Origin: Bacteroidia bacterium
Lineage (GTDB): Bacteria > Bacteroidota > Bacteroidia > B-17B0 > Aurantibacillaceae
Assembly: GCA_044229775.1 (NCBI GenBank)
Contig: JBGASH010000001.1
Span: 10,409-74,408 of the forward strand
Reading direction: 5' to 3'
Length of the DNA stretch: 64,000 bases
The translations under genes were made by a program, and so were the position numbers. Below the pieces are notes generated by a model. That model was not told where the DNA came from and did not search any database. It saw nothing but the letters and a program-made list of their open reading frames with translations. Shown here in pieces: positions 9,984 to 19,921 of this stretch (the first letter of the stretch is position 1; every line of letters starts with the position of its first letter).

Positions 9984-10731
9984 GATATAGATCCCTGAGC
10001 TTTTTATATTTTAAATAAGTGGCGTAAGCAGAAATTTTTGAAATGGAAAATCCAGCCGTCCCGTCTAAAAATCCTAAATGCAAAAGGTAATGATCAATGA
10101 ATTTTGCCACAGGATTTAAAAATAATTTATAGAATGGCGCGCCAATGCCCTTTTCAAAATAAGCCTTAGAAGCAATGTTGGTAAAATATTCTACTTGTTT
10201 ATAATGATCTTCTATGCTGTAATAACTGTAATGTAGAATATCGCCCTTTAAAAAATCGGTGTTCTTGTCGCCATCAAATAATTCATATTTATCGTGCGGA
10301 TTAATGCCGGTCCATTTTCCTTTGGTGCTGTTCCATAATCGCAATTTGGTATCGGGATACCAATTGCAATGCTTCACCCAATGGCCGCAATAATTGGTTA
10401 GACGGTTCATATAATACCCATCCTTATCCATGTTTTTTTTAAGCTCGAGTATGGATCGTTTCAAAGCATCATCCAATGCCTCATCGGCGTCGAGCGACAA
10501 AACATAGGGGTATTTGGCATAAGTAATGGCGCGGTTCTTTTGTTCAATGTGTCCGTCGAACGCGTGTTCAAAAAAACGGGCGCCTTTTGAGAGACAGATC
10601 TCTTTGGTTTTGTCGTTGCTGAACGAATCGAGTATCACCACATCGTCGGCCACCTCTTTTACTGAATCGAGGCAGCGACCAATGTTTTTCTCTTCGTTAA
10701 AGGTTATTATTACGACCGAAATGGGAGACAT
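9967..10731 (-). CDS. Glycosyltransferase family 2
   Basis: SVVIITFNEEKNIGRCLDS...LSLDADE (DxD). Confidence 0.85.
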   Translation of the reverse strand: MSPISVVIITFNEEKNIGRCLDSVKEVADDVVILDSFSNDKTKEICLSKGARFFEHAFDGHIEQKNRAITYAKYPYVLSLDADEALDDALKRSILELKKNMDKDGYYMNRLTNYCGHWVKHCNWYPDTKLRLWNSTKGKWTGINPHDKYELFDGDKNTDFLKGDILHYSYYSIEDHYKQVEYFTNIASKAYFEKGIGAPFYKLFLNPVAKFIDHYLLHLGFLDGTAGFSISKISAYATYLKYKKLRDLYHAKTS

Positions 10732-10775
10732 TTTGTAAATTTAGCGTACTAAATTCATATTTTAAAGGAATAACT

Positions 10776-10783
10776 TACTTTTG
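10776..10783 (+). promoter_or_regulatory. Candidate Bacteroidota -7 promoter box TACTTTTG
   Basis: Matches the TAnnTTTG consensus, just upstream of the GTG start at 10788. This implies a very short leader or a leaderless mRNA. Confidence 0.3.
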
Positions 10784-10787
10784 TTTT

Positions 10788-12623
10788 GTGTTAAACGCCT
10801 TTCTTAAAAATAAAACCAATGCCATATTGTTTGTTATCATTGCTGTGGCAACCAGTTTAGCCTATATAAACGTATGGAGGGCAGGATTTATCAGTTGGGA
10901 CGATGCCGATTTTACAATTGATAACAGCGATGTAAGGACTTTTAATTTGAAAGCCTTCTTCACTAACTTTTATCTGGGAAATTATCCGCCCCTTACCATG
11001 TTTAGTTTTGCGGTGGATTATATGCTGGGAAAGAATAACCCTTCGGTTTACCATTTCACAAATATTACGCTTCATATCATAAACGCAGGATTGGTGTTTT
11101 TATTATTTATTAAGCTACAGCCTAACCGTTATCTGGCGTTCTTTACAGCGCTTATTTTTGCATTGCACCCAATGCAAACCGAAAGTGTTTCATGGATCTC
11201 GGAACGAAAAAATGTATTGTGCGCGTTGTTCTATTTTTTGTCGCTTTTATTATATATACGGTATACAAAGAACAGGAACCAAAAAAATTATCTTCTGGTA
11301 ATGTTGGCGTTTGTAGCCGCTCTTTTTTCAAAAGGAATGGCTGTAAGCTTACCCGTTTCGCTATTGGCTTTGGACCTCTGGATGAAACAGCCGATCAACA
11401 AAAAAGTATTGATCGAAAAAATACCATTTTTTGTGCTCTCGTTTATTTTTGGAGTGATAGCAGTAAAGGCACAGTCATCCTCGGGATTTTTAAAGCCCGA
11501 AGACCATTATGGGATCTTACAAAAATTCCTTTTTTCGGGAGAAGCATTTTTATCTTATTTTCTTAAAATAATTATTCCCTATAAATTGTCGGCGCTATAT
11601 CCTTATCCCACCGGAATAACGGTTTTGCAGGTGGCCGGTCTTTTATTTTTTGTTGGAGCAATTGTAGCGCTAATTCTTTTTATGCGGCGACAAAATTATT
11701 TAATGGCTGGTGCCATTCTGTTTTTTGCCGGTAATGTTATTTTTGTTTTACAGTTTGTTGCCTTTGGCGCCGTTTTAATGGCCGATCATTATATTTATAT
11801 TGCTTGTCTCGGCGTTATTTATCCTATAATGGTTCTTATTTTTTCGGTACTGAAACAGAACAAAGCTTCTTCAGCCGTGATCATCATCATCTGCCTTTTC
11901 TTTGGTTTATATACATTTAAACGTAACAGTATCTGGCAAAACGAAATAAATTTTTGGTCGGATATAGCTACAAAATATCCCACCTCACACATTGCATTAA
12001 ATAGTTTAGGAGCGGCTTATATGCAAAAAGGACGCTATGCCGAGGCACACGAATGTGTTGGAAGAGCCATTTCTTTAGCGCCGACTTTTTACAAAGCCTA
12101 TTATAATAATGGATTAATTTATGCCCGCGAGAATAAATTTTTGGAAGCGATGAAAAATTTTGATCAGGCCATAAAAATAAATAATTACCCAAAAGCTATT
12201 GTGGCAAGAGGCGGGATCTATTACGAAGTAAAGGATTTTTCAAAAGCGATGAACGACGCGCAAACAGTTATTTCGATAGAACCCAACAACGCACGAGCCT
12301 ATTTTTTAATGGGCAATTGTCTTAACGACCTCAATCAACTCGACAAAGCTTTAGAGAGCTATTCAAAAGCCATTGAAATAAAAAGCAACGAGCCGGTATT
12401 TTTTCTGAATAGAGCCATTGTTTTTGGTAAATTGCAGCACTATGACAACAGCCTTAATGATCTGGAAGCGGCTCTAAGAATTGATCCGCAATACGCCGAA
12501 GCGTATTACTGGAAAGCGGTTGTAAGAATAAATTTAAAGCAAAGCCCTTGTGAAGATCTCCAGAACGCTGTTAAATTTGGTTTTGAACAAGCGCGGGGAC
12601 CATTAAATAAATATTGTAATTGA
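10788..12623 (+). CDS. Polytopic membrane protein with C-terminal TPR repeats (PMT/GT-C-like with TPR)
   Basis: About 380 aa of TM helices, then TPR repeats (ALNSLGAAYMQKGRYAEA..., AYYNNGLIYAREN..., AYFLMGNCLNDL...). Confidence 0.7.
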   Translation: MLNAFLKNKTNAILFVIIAVATSLAYINVWRAGFISWDDADFTIDNSDVRTFNLKAFFTNFYLGNYPPLTMFSFAVDYMLGKNNPSVYHFTNITLHIINAGLVFLLFIKLQPNRYLAFFTALIFALHPMQTESVSWISERKNVLCALFYFLSLLLYIRYTKNRNQKNYLLVMLAFVAALFSKGMAVSLPVSLLALDLWMKQPINKKVLIEKIPFFVLSFIFGVIAVKAQSSSGFLKPEDHYGILQKFLFSGEAFLSYFLKIIIPYKLSALYPYPTGITVLQVAGLLFFVGAIVALILFMRRQNYLMAGAILFFAGNVIFVLQFVAFGAVLMADHYIYIACLGVIYPIMVLIFSVLKQNKASSAVIIIICLFFGLYTFKRNSIWQNEINFWSDIATKYPTSHIALNSLGAAYMQKGRYAEAHECVGRAISLAPTFYKAYYNNGLIYARENKFLEAMKNFDQAIKINNYPKAIVARGGIYYEVKDFSKAMNDAQTVISIEPNNARAYFLMGNCLNDLNQLDKALESYSKAIEIKSNEPVFFLNRAIVFGKLQHYDNSLNDLEAALRIDPQYAEAYYWKAVVRINLKQSPCEDLQNAVKFGFEQARGPLNKYCN

Positions 12624-13417
12624 TGAAAGCAACTATTGTACAAACCTCCTTGTTTTGGGAAGACCGGGAAAAAAACCTCGAACACTTTAACAAAATTATT
12701 ACGGCTATTCCAGAAAAGACCGATCTTATTGTGCTTCCCGAAATGTTCACCACTGGTTTTACCATGGATCCAAAAAAAAATGCGGAGCCTGCCAATGGTT
12801 ATACGGTAAGCTGGTTAAAGCAAAAGGCCAAATCAAAAAATGCTGTAATTATAGGGAGCGTGGCGGTTGAGGAGAATAAGAAATATTACAACCGACTGTT
12901 TTGGGTAGAGCCCAATGGAAATGTGCGTTCGTATAACAAACGCCATTTATTCCGAATGGCAAAAGAAGAACAGCACTACACCATGGGCACCGAAAAAATA
13001 ATAGGACAAATTAGCGGGTGGAATATTTGTCCGCTGGTATGTTACGATCTGCGTTTCCCTTTATGGAGCAGAAATGGGTTTAAAAAAGAGAATGGATCTT
13101 ACACAGCGGCCTACGATGTTTTAATTTATGTTGCCAATTGGCCCGAAGCACGTAGCTATGCGTGGAAGCAATTATTAATTGCACGGGCCATTGAAAATCA
13201 GGCTTACGTAATAGGCGTTAATCGCATTGGTAGCGACGGCAACAACATTTCGCATTCGGGCGATAGTATGATCATAAATCCACGAGGAGAGATCATCAGC
13301 AAAACAAAAGCTAATGAAGAAAGCGTTGAAACGGTTTCGTTAGATAAAACATACCTCGAAGAATACCGGAAAACTTTTCCCGTGGGATTGGATGCGGATG
13401 AATTTAAAATCCTTTAA
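12620..13417 (+). CDS. Nitrilase-superfamily amidohydrolase (omega-amidase YafV-like)
   Basis: Glu-Lys-Cys triad context: LPEMF, NKRHLF, ICPLVCYDLRFP. Confidence 0.85.
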   Translation: MMKATIVQTSLFWEDREKNLEHFNKIITAIPEKTDLIVLPEMFTTGFTMDPKKNAEPANGYTVSWLKQKAKSKNAVIIGSVAVEENKKYYNRLFWVEPNGNVRSYNKRHLFRMAKEEQHYTMGTEKIIGQISGWNICPLVCYDLRFPLWSRNGFKKENGSYTAAYDVLIYVANWPEARSYAWKQLLIARAIENQAYVIGVNRIGSDGNNISHSGDSMIINPRGEIISKTKANEESVETVSLDKTYLEEYRKTFPVGLDADEFKIL

Positions 13418-13914
13418 TGTCCACCCACTTTTACATAGGCATATTCCCTATGATCGGAACTTATTAAAAAGAGTTTATCATTCTTTTCGTCGTAACGATA
13501 ACTAAGTATAATTTCCTTTGCCGCTGCAATACCACCTTCTGATTTAACGATGTGCAATTTCAATTTTCCTTTTCCGGCTAACATCCAGTGAAAATAGTGC
13601 GCCATTTTTGAATTACCGTCTTTGTCTTTTAAGCTAATAATAAAATCTTCGTGATGAGAGGTAAGCGTAGTGGCCGGAGTTTCTGATTCGTCGGCCGAAA
13701 AACTCACGTGTAAAATCTCAAATTGTGCTTTACCATCTTTAAATTTGGCCGCCTTTGTTTCGGCATCCCAATCGGCTTCTAATTTTTTAAGATCCGCATC
13801 CTGTGCCATGATCGAACAGGTTCCAAAAAGACAGATCGCACAACATAAAATAAGACGTAAATTTTTCATAAACAACAGTGTTTTTATAGTACAAATATAG
13901 CTATTCGTAAGCAT
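13414..13914 (-). CDS. Hypothetical secreted protein
   Basis: ORF with a signal-peptide-like N-terminus. I recognise no family. Confidence 0.4.
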   Translation of the reverse strand: MLTNSYICTIKTLLFMKNLRLILCCAICLFGTCSIMAQDADLKKLEADWDAETKAAKFKDGKAQFEILHVSFSADESETPATTLTSHHEDFIISLKDKDGNSKMAHYFHWMLAGKGKLKLHIVKSEGGIAAAKEIILSYRYDEKNDKLFLISSDHREYAYVKVGGH

Positions 13915-13921
13915 AATACAT

Positions 13922-13929
13922 TATCTTTG
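13922..13929 (+). promoter_or_regulatory. Candidate -7 promoter box TATCTTTG upstream of leuS
   Basis: Matches TAnnTTTG. It lies about 140 nt upstream of the leuS ATG, implying a long leader. Confidence 0.35.
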
Positions 13930-14068
13930 TAAATGAACATTGCGTTAGGGATTGAGGCTTTGTTTGAGCTCTTTTTTATTGAGCATTTAGCGAAATAAAA
14001 AAAGCGAGTGCCGAAAGCCCGACCGCGAGTGAACGAAGTGAACCTCGGGGTAACGCCCAAAGAATAAA

Positions 14069-17000
14069 ATGGAATACAACTTTAGAAAAATAGAAGAAAA
14101 GTGGCAAGCTATCTGGAAGGATAAAAAATCTTTCAAAACAGATAATAATTCAAGCAAACCGAAATATTATGTACTCGACATGTTTCCATATCCTTCGGGT
14201 GCCGGATTGCATGTGGGTCACCCATTAGGTTATATTGCCTCCGATATTATAGCGCGGTATAAACGCCATAAAGGATTTAATGTATTACACCCTATGGGGT
14301 ACGATAGTTTTGGATTACCGGCCGAACAGTATGCTATACAAACAGGACAACATCCTAAAATTACAACCGAACAAAACATTGCCCGTTACCGCGAGCAATT
14401 AGATAAAATTGGATTTTCGTTTGATTGGGATAGAGAAGTAAGAACATCTGACCCGTCGTATTACAAATGGACACAATGGATCTTTATACAATTATTTAAT
14501 TCGTGGTACGATCTTAAAAGCAATAAGGCCGAGAAGATAGAGACCCTAATTGCCGAATTTGAAAAAAGTGGCAATGGTAATATAAACGCACATTGTGAAG
14601 AAGGTACAAAAACATTTTCGGCAGAAGAGTGGAAAAACTATTCTGAAAAAGAAAGATCAGACGCCTTGATGCAATACCGCATTGCTTATTTGGGAGAAGC
14701 GTATGTGAATTGGTGTCCTGCTATGGGAACCGTATTAGCCAATGACGAAGTAAAGGATGGCGTAAGCGAACGCGGTGGTTATCCGGTTGAACGGAAATTA
14801 ATGAAGCAATGGAGCATGCGTATAACGGCCTACGCACAGCGGCTTTTGGATGGTTTGGATAAGATTGACTGGACCGAAAGTTTGAAGGAATCGCAACGCT
14901 ATTGGATAGGAAAAAGCGAGGGAACGAGTTTGAAGTTTAGGGTCCAGGACCTATCCCCGGCCCTTTCCAAAGGAAAGGGAGAAGAGGCAGCCGAAGGCAT
15001 TGACCCGGGTTATTTTACCACCGACGAGTTTACCTATAGGTTGTTACATGATAGAGCAGTGGAAATGAGAAAAAATCCAACCCCGGCAGAATCTGCGTTG
15101 TGGAAATCTTTAAAAGGAAATAAACTGGATGTTCATTTCAGGCAGCAACAAATAATAGGAAAATACATTGTAGATTTTGTTTGTTTGTCAAAAAAACTTG
15201 TGGTTGAGGTGGATGGAGATATACATGATCATCAAAAAGAAGAGGACGAACAAAGAACACGGGAATTGACACTTACGGGTTACAAAGTGATTCGATTCAA
15301 AAACGAAAAGGTATTAAATGAAATTGATGGTGTCCTGAGAGAAATTAGTTCCGAATTAGAAACGCAAAGTAAAGTCCTCCCCAAAGGGGAGGATTTAGGA
15401 GGGGTCATAGAGGTTTTCACAACACGACCCGATACCATCTTTGGCGTATCATTTGTTACTCTTGCTCCGGAGCATGAGTTAGTTGATAAAATTACAACGC
15501 CCGAACAAAAAGCGGCGGTGGATGATTACGTTAACAAATCAAAGAGCAGAAGTGAGCGTGAGCGACAAGCCGACGTGAATAAAGTGAGCGGCGTTTTTAC
15601 AGGTGCTTATGTAGAACACCCTTTTACAAAAAAACAAATTCCTATTTGGGTGGGCGATTATGTGTTGGCAGGTTATGGAACCGGAGCTGTTATGGCCGTA
15701 CCGGCGCACGATGAACGAGATTTTAAATTTGCCACGCATTTTGGTTTAGCAAAACCACAAGTGATTGTTCCGCCAACAGAACATGATCTTGAAAAGGCGT
15801 CGTGGGATGAAAAAGAAGGAAAGTTAATTAACTCCGATTTTTTAAACGGTCTCGAGGTAAAAGCAGCCATAAAAAAAGCCATTGAAGAAATTGAAAAGAA
15901 TAATTTAGGAAAAGGAAAAATAAATTACCGCCTGCGCGACGCGGTTTTTGGCCGTCAGCGTTATTGGGGAGAACCGATCCCTATCTTTTATAAAGATGGA
16001 ATTCCACATGCATTACCCGAAAGCGAATTACCATTGGTGTTACCCGAAGTAGATAAGTATTTACCAACCGAAGACGGCGAACCGCCTTTGGCCCGCGCTA
16101 CCAACTGGAAGTACACCCCTCTCCTTGGGAGAGGGGACGGGGGTGAGGCTTCTTACCCCTACGAATTAACCACCATGCCCGGTTGGGCTGGGAGCTCTTG
16201 GTATTTTTTGCGCTATATGGATGTGCATAACGACAAAACTTTTGCCGATAAAAAATTAATGGACTACTGGAAAAATGTAGACCTATACATTGGTGGCAGC
16301 GAACATGCTACCGGACATTTATTATATGTGCGTTTCTGGACCAAGTTTTTGCACGACTTAAATTATATTTCTATTGACGAACCTGCGCAGAAACTGATCA
16401 ATCAAGGGATGATACAGGGGCTGAGCGAGAAAATAATTAGATTAACGGCAAGGAATCCTAAAATAATTGATGGACATGAAAATTTGGATGAGGCTCTAGC
16501 AAATATTGAAAATAAAAGTGTTTCAATTCCTGAGGGAATTTCAAATGTGTTTATTAGTGCTGACGTAGTAGAAAGTCATAGAAGCCCTTTCTTGTCAACG
16601 GACAAACACGCAAGAGTTGATGATGTTGAGAATGGGGTATTGAATATTAGAAAGCATTTAAAATTTTGGAAAGAAGATAGTGACGCGGCTTTTGTTTGTT
16701 TAGGAGGGTATTGGAGAAATGGAGAATTCCATGGGAATGGCTCAGATCAATTCAAGACAATACAAGAAGTAGAAAAAATGTCTAAATCGAAACACAACGT
16801 TGTTTCACCTGACAATAAATTCGACGAATCTACTGGAGAAATTGTTCCCGGCATAATTGAAAAATTCGGCGCGGATACTTTGCGTTTGTACGAAATGTTT
16901 TTGGGTCCCCTTGAGCAAAGTAAACCCTGGAACACTAATGGTATTACCGGCGTTTCGGGTTTTTTGAAAAAATTGTGGAGACTGTTCTATATGTCCCCCG

Positions 17001-17518
17001 CTGGCGGGGGTGGCGAGACGGGGGTGGACATTACCGTAAGCTCAGCCGAACCGACCAAGCCCGAACTAAAAGCGCTACACAAAACCATTAAAAAAATTAC
17101 CGAAGACATAGAGCGTTTTTCGTTCAACACCTCGGTAAGTAATTTTATGATCTGTGTAAATGAATTAACCGACCTTAAATGTAATAAGAGAGCTATACTT
17201 GAACCGTTATTAATTATTTTATCGCCTTACGCGCCGCACATTACCGAAGAACTGTGGGAGAAACTAGGCCATAAAGAAAGCATAGCTTATGCTGAGTTTC
17301 CTATTTGTAACGAGAGTTATTTGGTAGAGAGTAATTTTAATTATCCTATTTCGTTCAATGGTAAAACCCGTTTCAATATCGAAATGCCCGCAACGTTAAG
17401 CATTCCCGAAATTGAGAAACTGGTAATGGAAGCCGAACAAACACATAAGTATTTAGAAGGTAAGCAACCTAAAAAGGTGATCGTGGTTCCTAAAAAAATT
17501 GTGAATATTGTAGTTTGA
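14069..17518 (+). CDS. leuS: Leucyl-tRNA synthetase carrying several in-frame insertions
   Basis: HIGH motif ([10 protein letters not shown]), editing-domain motif (TTRPDTIFG), KMSKS motif, [11 protein letters not shown]. At 1149 aa it is much longer than typical bacterial LeuRS. Confidence 0.95.
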   Translation: MEYNFRKIEEKWQAIWKDKKSFKTDNNSSKPKYYVLDMFPYPSGAGLHVGHPLGYIASDIIARYKRHKGFNVLHPMGYDSFGLPAEQYAIQTGQHPKITTEQNIARYREQLDKIGFSFDWDREVRTSDPSYYKWTQWIFIQLFNSWYDLKSNKAEKIETLIAEFEKSGNGNINAHCEEGTKTFSAEEWKNYSEKERSDALMQYRIAYLGEAYVNWCPAMGTVLANDEVKDGVSERGGYPVERKLMKQWSMRITAYAQRLLDGLDKIDWTESLKESQRYWIGKSEGTSLKFRVQDLSPALSKGKGEEAAEGIDPGYFTTDEFTYRLLHDRAVEMRKNPTPAESALWKSLKGNKLDVHFRQQQIIGKYIVDFVCLSKKLVVEVDGDIHDHQKEEDEQRTRELTLTGYKVIRFKNEKVLNEIDGVLREISSELETQSKVLPKGEDLGGVIEVFTTRPDTIFGVSFVTLAPEHELVDKITTPEQKAAVDDYVNKSKSRSERERQADVNKVSGVFTGAYVEHPFTKKQIPIWVGDYVLAGYGTGAVMAVPAHDERDFKFATHFGLAKPQVIVPPTEHDLEKASWDEKEGKLINSDFLNGLEVKAAIKKAIEEIEKNNLGKGKINYRLRDAVFGRQRYWGEPIPIFYKDGIPHALPESELPLVLPEVDKYLPTEDGEPPLARATNWKYTPLLGRGDGGEASYPYELTTMPGWAGSSWYFLRYMDVHNDKTFADKKLMDYWKNVDLYIGGSEHATGHLLYVRFWTKFLHDLNYISIDEPAQKLINQGMIQGLSEKIIRLTARNPKIIDGHENLDEALANIENKSVSIPEGISNVFISADVVESHRSPFLSTDKHARVDDVENGVLNIRKHLKFWKEDSDAAFVCLGGYWRNGEFHGNGSDQFKTIQEVEKMSKSKHNVVSPDNKFDESTGEIVPGIIEKFGADTLRLYEMFLGPLEQSKPWNTNGITGVSGFLKKLWRLFYMSPAGGGGETGVDITVSSAEPTKPELKALHKTIKKITEDIERFSFNTSVSNFMICVNELTDLKCNKRAILEPLLIILSPYAPHITEELWEKLGHKESIAYAEFPICNESYLVESNFNYPISFNGKTRFNIEMPATLSIPEIEKLVMEAEQTHKYLEGKQPKKVIVVPKKIVNIVV
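14951..15403 (+). mobile_element. DUF559/Vsr-like nuclease cassette translated in-frame within leuS
   Basis: About 151 extra codons lie between the [13 protein letters not shown] and TTRPDTIFG blocks. The core is homologous to ORF 62012-62449 (KYIVDF.C, V.E.DGDIH, I.RFKNE.VL). It is bounded by hairpins at 14961-14979 and 15376-15392. Boundaries are approximate. Confidence 0.65.
14961..14988 (+). repeat. GC-rich hairpin plus purine tail (left boundary of the leuS cassette)
   Basis: ccctttcc-aaa-ggaaaggg followed by agaagaggc. Confidence 0.6.
15376..15404 (+). repeat. GC-rich hairpin plus tail (right boundary of the leuS cassette)
   Basis: cctcccc-aaa-ggggagg followed by atttaggagggg. Confidence 0.6.
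16116..16149 (+). repeat. Solo hairpin-tail element translated in-frame in leuS
   Basis: cccctctcc-ttg-ggagagggg followed by acgggggtgaggc. Encodes [12 protein letters not shown]. Nearly identical to the intergenic copy at 38197-38228 (opposite strand). Confidence 0.75.
16995..17028 (+). repeat. Solo hairpin-tail element translated in-frame in leuS
   Basis: cccccgc-tg-gcggggg followed by tggcgagacgggggtgga. Encodes [11 protein letters not shown]. Shares the acgggggtg tail with 16137-16145. Confidence 0.6.
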
Positions 17519-18078
17519 AAAAAATAGTTTTCATAAGTGCAGTTATCATTTTCTCTGCGTTTGCGAAACAGGAGAGTAAAGATGTTATTTTGTGGGATGA
17601 GAACAGGCTGTTGACCTGGGACGATTTTAAAGGAAAGCCCGAACGGCGATTTGCCGCCGCCTCAACGGCCTACGATATTTTAAAGAGCGTTATTAAAAAA
17701 GATGAAGCGGCTGCACAAATTACCATAAAGGCGGTGTTCTTTTGTAAGACCTCCTGGAAAAACAGTTATTGGGCCGAGAGTACAATATTGGCACACGAAC
17801 AAAGGCACTTTGATATTGTAGAATTGTTTTCGCGGAAACTCCGCAAATTGTTGCAGGAAACAAAATATAAAAGTCATGCCGATGTAGAAACCAAAGCCGA
17901 TTCGCTTTACGCAATAATAGATAAAGAAATGGATGCTTACCAGGATGTATACGATGAGGAGTCGGATGGTTCGATGGACGGCGATAAACAAAGAGTGTGG
18001 AATAAAAAAGTAGCAGCCGAATTAAAAGCACTAGAGCAATATAATAACATCCAATTTGTGGTGGCCATAAATAAATAA
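17515..18078 (+). CDS. DUF922-like secreted Zn-dependent protease
   Basis: Signal peptide, W.DF.GKP, and [11 protein letters not shown] (HExxH-like) motif. Confidence 0.6.
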   Translation: MKKIVFISAVIIFSAFAKQESKDVILWDENRLLTWDDFKGKPERRFAAASTAYDILKSVIKKDEAAAQITIKAVFFCKTSWKNSYWAESTILAHEQRHFDIVELFSRKLRKLLQETKYKSHADVETKADSLYAIIDKEMDAYQDVYDEESDGSMDGDKQRVWNKKVAAELKALEQYNNIQFVVAINK

Positions 18079-19322
18079 TGAAATTAACGAAGTATATACT
18101 TGTTCTGTGTGTTTTGGTTCCGGCCACTTTATTTTCTTCTATGAAGATAAAGCAGGGGATCTGGCGAGGCGTTTTAACGTTGGACAAAGAGAAGAAACTG
18201 GAGCTTCCTTTCAATTTTAATGTTGAACGGGTAGAGGACAAAATTTACATCATCATAAAAAATGCCGGTGAAGAAATTACTATAGATGAAATTAAATTCA
18301 AGGGCGACTCTTTAATTTTTAAAATGCCGGTATTTGATTCGGAGTTTCGCACAAAGATCACGAACGAGAATACATTAGACGGCTACTGGATCAATTATGC
18401 GCGCAAAGACAAGAACGTTATTCCTTTTAAAGCTGTTGCGGGAAAAACGGCACGCTTTGATTTTCTTCCGGGCAAACCCCTGACTTTTTACGAGGGAAAA
18501 TGGGAATGTGATTTTAGTCCGGGCACAGCCGACAGCAGCAAAGCCATTGGTGTATTTAAACACGAAAACAATTCGGTATACGTGACCGGAACATTTTTAA
18601 CCGAGACGGGTGATTACCGCTATTTAGAAGGCATGATGTTTCAGGGAAAATTATATTTATCCTGTTTCGATGGCGCCCATGCGTTCTTGTTCATAGCCGA
18701 ATCGGGTAATGGTACGTCTATTACCAAAGGCGATTTTTATTCAGGCATGCATCATCACGAAAATTGGATAGCGAAAAGAAACGATAATTTTAAATTAAGA
18801 GATCCGGAAAGCATTACTTATATGGTAAGTCCTAAAGGAAAACTGGATTTTGGTTTTCCCGATTCTGAAAAAAAGATAGTTAGTCTGCACGACGAGAAAT
18901 ACAAAGGAAAAGTGGTCATTATTCAGATAATGGGAACCTGGTGCCCTAATTGTATGGATGAAACAAAATACCTGGCCGGCATTTACAAAAAATATAAAAA
19001 AGATGGATTGGAAATTATCGCTTTAGATTATGAACGAACGGATAATTGGGAAAAGTCGAAAAGCAATGTGGCGCGGTTAAAAAGTAAATTTGGGGTAGAG
19101 TACGATATTTTAATCACCGGTTTAACCGGAAAAGAAAAAGCGTCGGAAAGCTTACAATTTTTAAATGGCATAACCGCCTTTCCTACTACCTTGATCTTAG
19201 ACCGTGACCATAAAGTAAGAACGGTGTATACGGGGTTTAGCGGTCCTGCTACGGGAAAGGAATACGAAAATTACACCGCAAAAACCCAAAGTTTATTAGA
19301 GGAATTATTATTAAAGAAATAA
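18078..19322 (+). CDS. TlpA-family thiol:disulfide oxidoreductase with N-terminal extra domain
   Basis: Thioredoxin-fold active site WCPNC in the C-terminal half. Confidence 0.8.
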   Translation: MKLTKYILVLCVLVPATLFSSMKIKQGIWRGVLTLDKEKKLELPFNFNVERVEDKIYIIIKNAGEEITIDEIKFKGDSLIFKMPVFDSEFRTKITNENTLDGYWINYARKDKNVIPFKAVAGKTARFDFLPGKPLTFYEGKWECDFSPGTADSSKAIGVFKHENNSVYVTGTFLTETGDYRYLEGMMFQGKLYLSCFDGAHAFLFIAESGNGTSITKGDFYSGMHHHENWIAKRNDNFKLRDPESITYMVSPKGKLDFGFPDSEKKIVSLHDEKYKGKVVIIQIMGTWCPNCMDETKYLAGIYKKYKKDGLEIIALDYERTDNWEKSKSNVARLKSKFGVEYDILITGLTGKEKASESLQFLNGITAFPTTLILDRDHKVRTVYTGFSGPATGKEYENYTAKTQSLLEELLLKK

Positions 19323-19333
19323 AGAAGAAAAGC

Positions 19334-19921
19334 ATGTTCACAGGAATAATTGAAACAATAGCTAAAGTGGTGAAGATAGAAAAAGAGGGAACGAATGTGC
19401 ATTTCACCTTTTCTTCCTCAATGGCCCCCGAATTAAAAATAGACCAAAGCGTATCGCATAATGGCGTTTGTTTAACGGTGGTTGAAGTAAAAGGAAACAA
19501 CTACAAGGTTACGGCCATTGATGAAACACTGAAGCGCTCAAATTTAGGAAATATAAAAGTGGGGGATGAGGTGAATTTAGAACGATGCATGGTGGCTAAT
19601 GGAAGATTTGACGGACATATTGTTCAGGGACACGTTGACACAACGGGCGTTTGTAAAAGCGTGAAAGACCTGAAGGGCAGCTGGGAGTTTGTGTTTGAAC
19701 ATCCTCACAACGAAAAATTCATAACGGTTGAAAAAGGCAGCATCACCATAAACGGGGTAAGTTTAACGGTGGTTGAATCTTCCAGCGACACTTTTTCGGT
19801 TCATGTGATTCCGTACACCTTTGAGCATACCAATTTAGGAAAATTAAAAGTGGGCGATAAGGTGAATTTAGAATTTGATATTGTAGGAAAATATCTGGCC
19901 AAAATATTAAAACTTTACTAG
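19334..19921 (+). CDS. ribE: Riboflavin synthase alpha chain
   Basis: MFTGIIE start. Duplicated lumazine-binding repeats (SVSHNGVCLTV and SITINGVSLTV). Confidence 0.9.
   Translation: MFTGIIETIAKVVKIEKEGTNVHFTFSSSMAPELKIDQSVSHNGVCLTVVEVKGNNYKVTAIDETLKRSNLGNIKVGDEVNLERCMVANGRFDGHIVQGHVDTTGVCKSVKDLKGSWEFVFEHPHNEKFITVEKGSITINGVSLTVVESSSDTFSVHVIPYTFEHTNLGKLKVGDKVNLEFDIVGKYLAKILKLY

Noticed and set aside
14951-15403. The leuS insertion as an intein or self-splicing intron
   Set aside because: There is no Cys/Ser/Thr at the N-junction and no His-Asn plus Cys/Ser/Thr at the C-junction. No LAGLIDADG or HNH block is present, and I see no recognisable group I/II intron structure. The reading frame simply continues.
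17720-18241. 173-aa minus-strand ORF overlapping the DUF922 and TlpA genes
   Set aside because: It is antisense to two well-supported genes and has no recognisable motifs.
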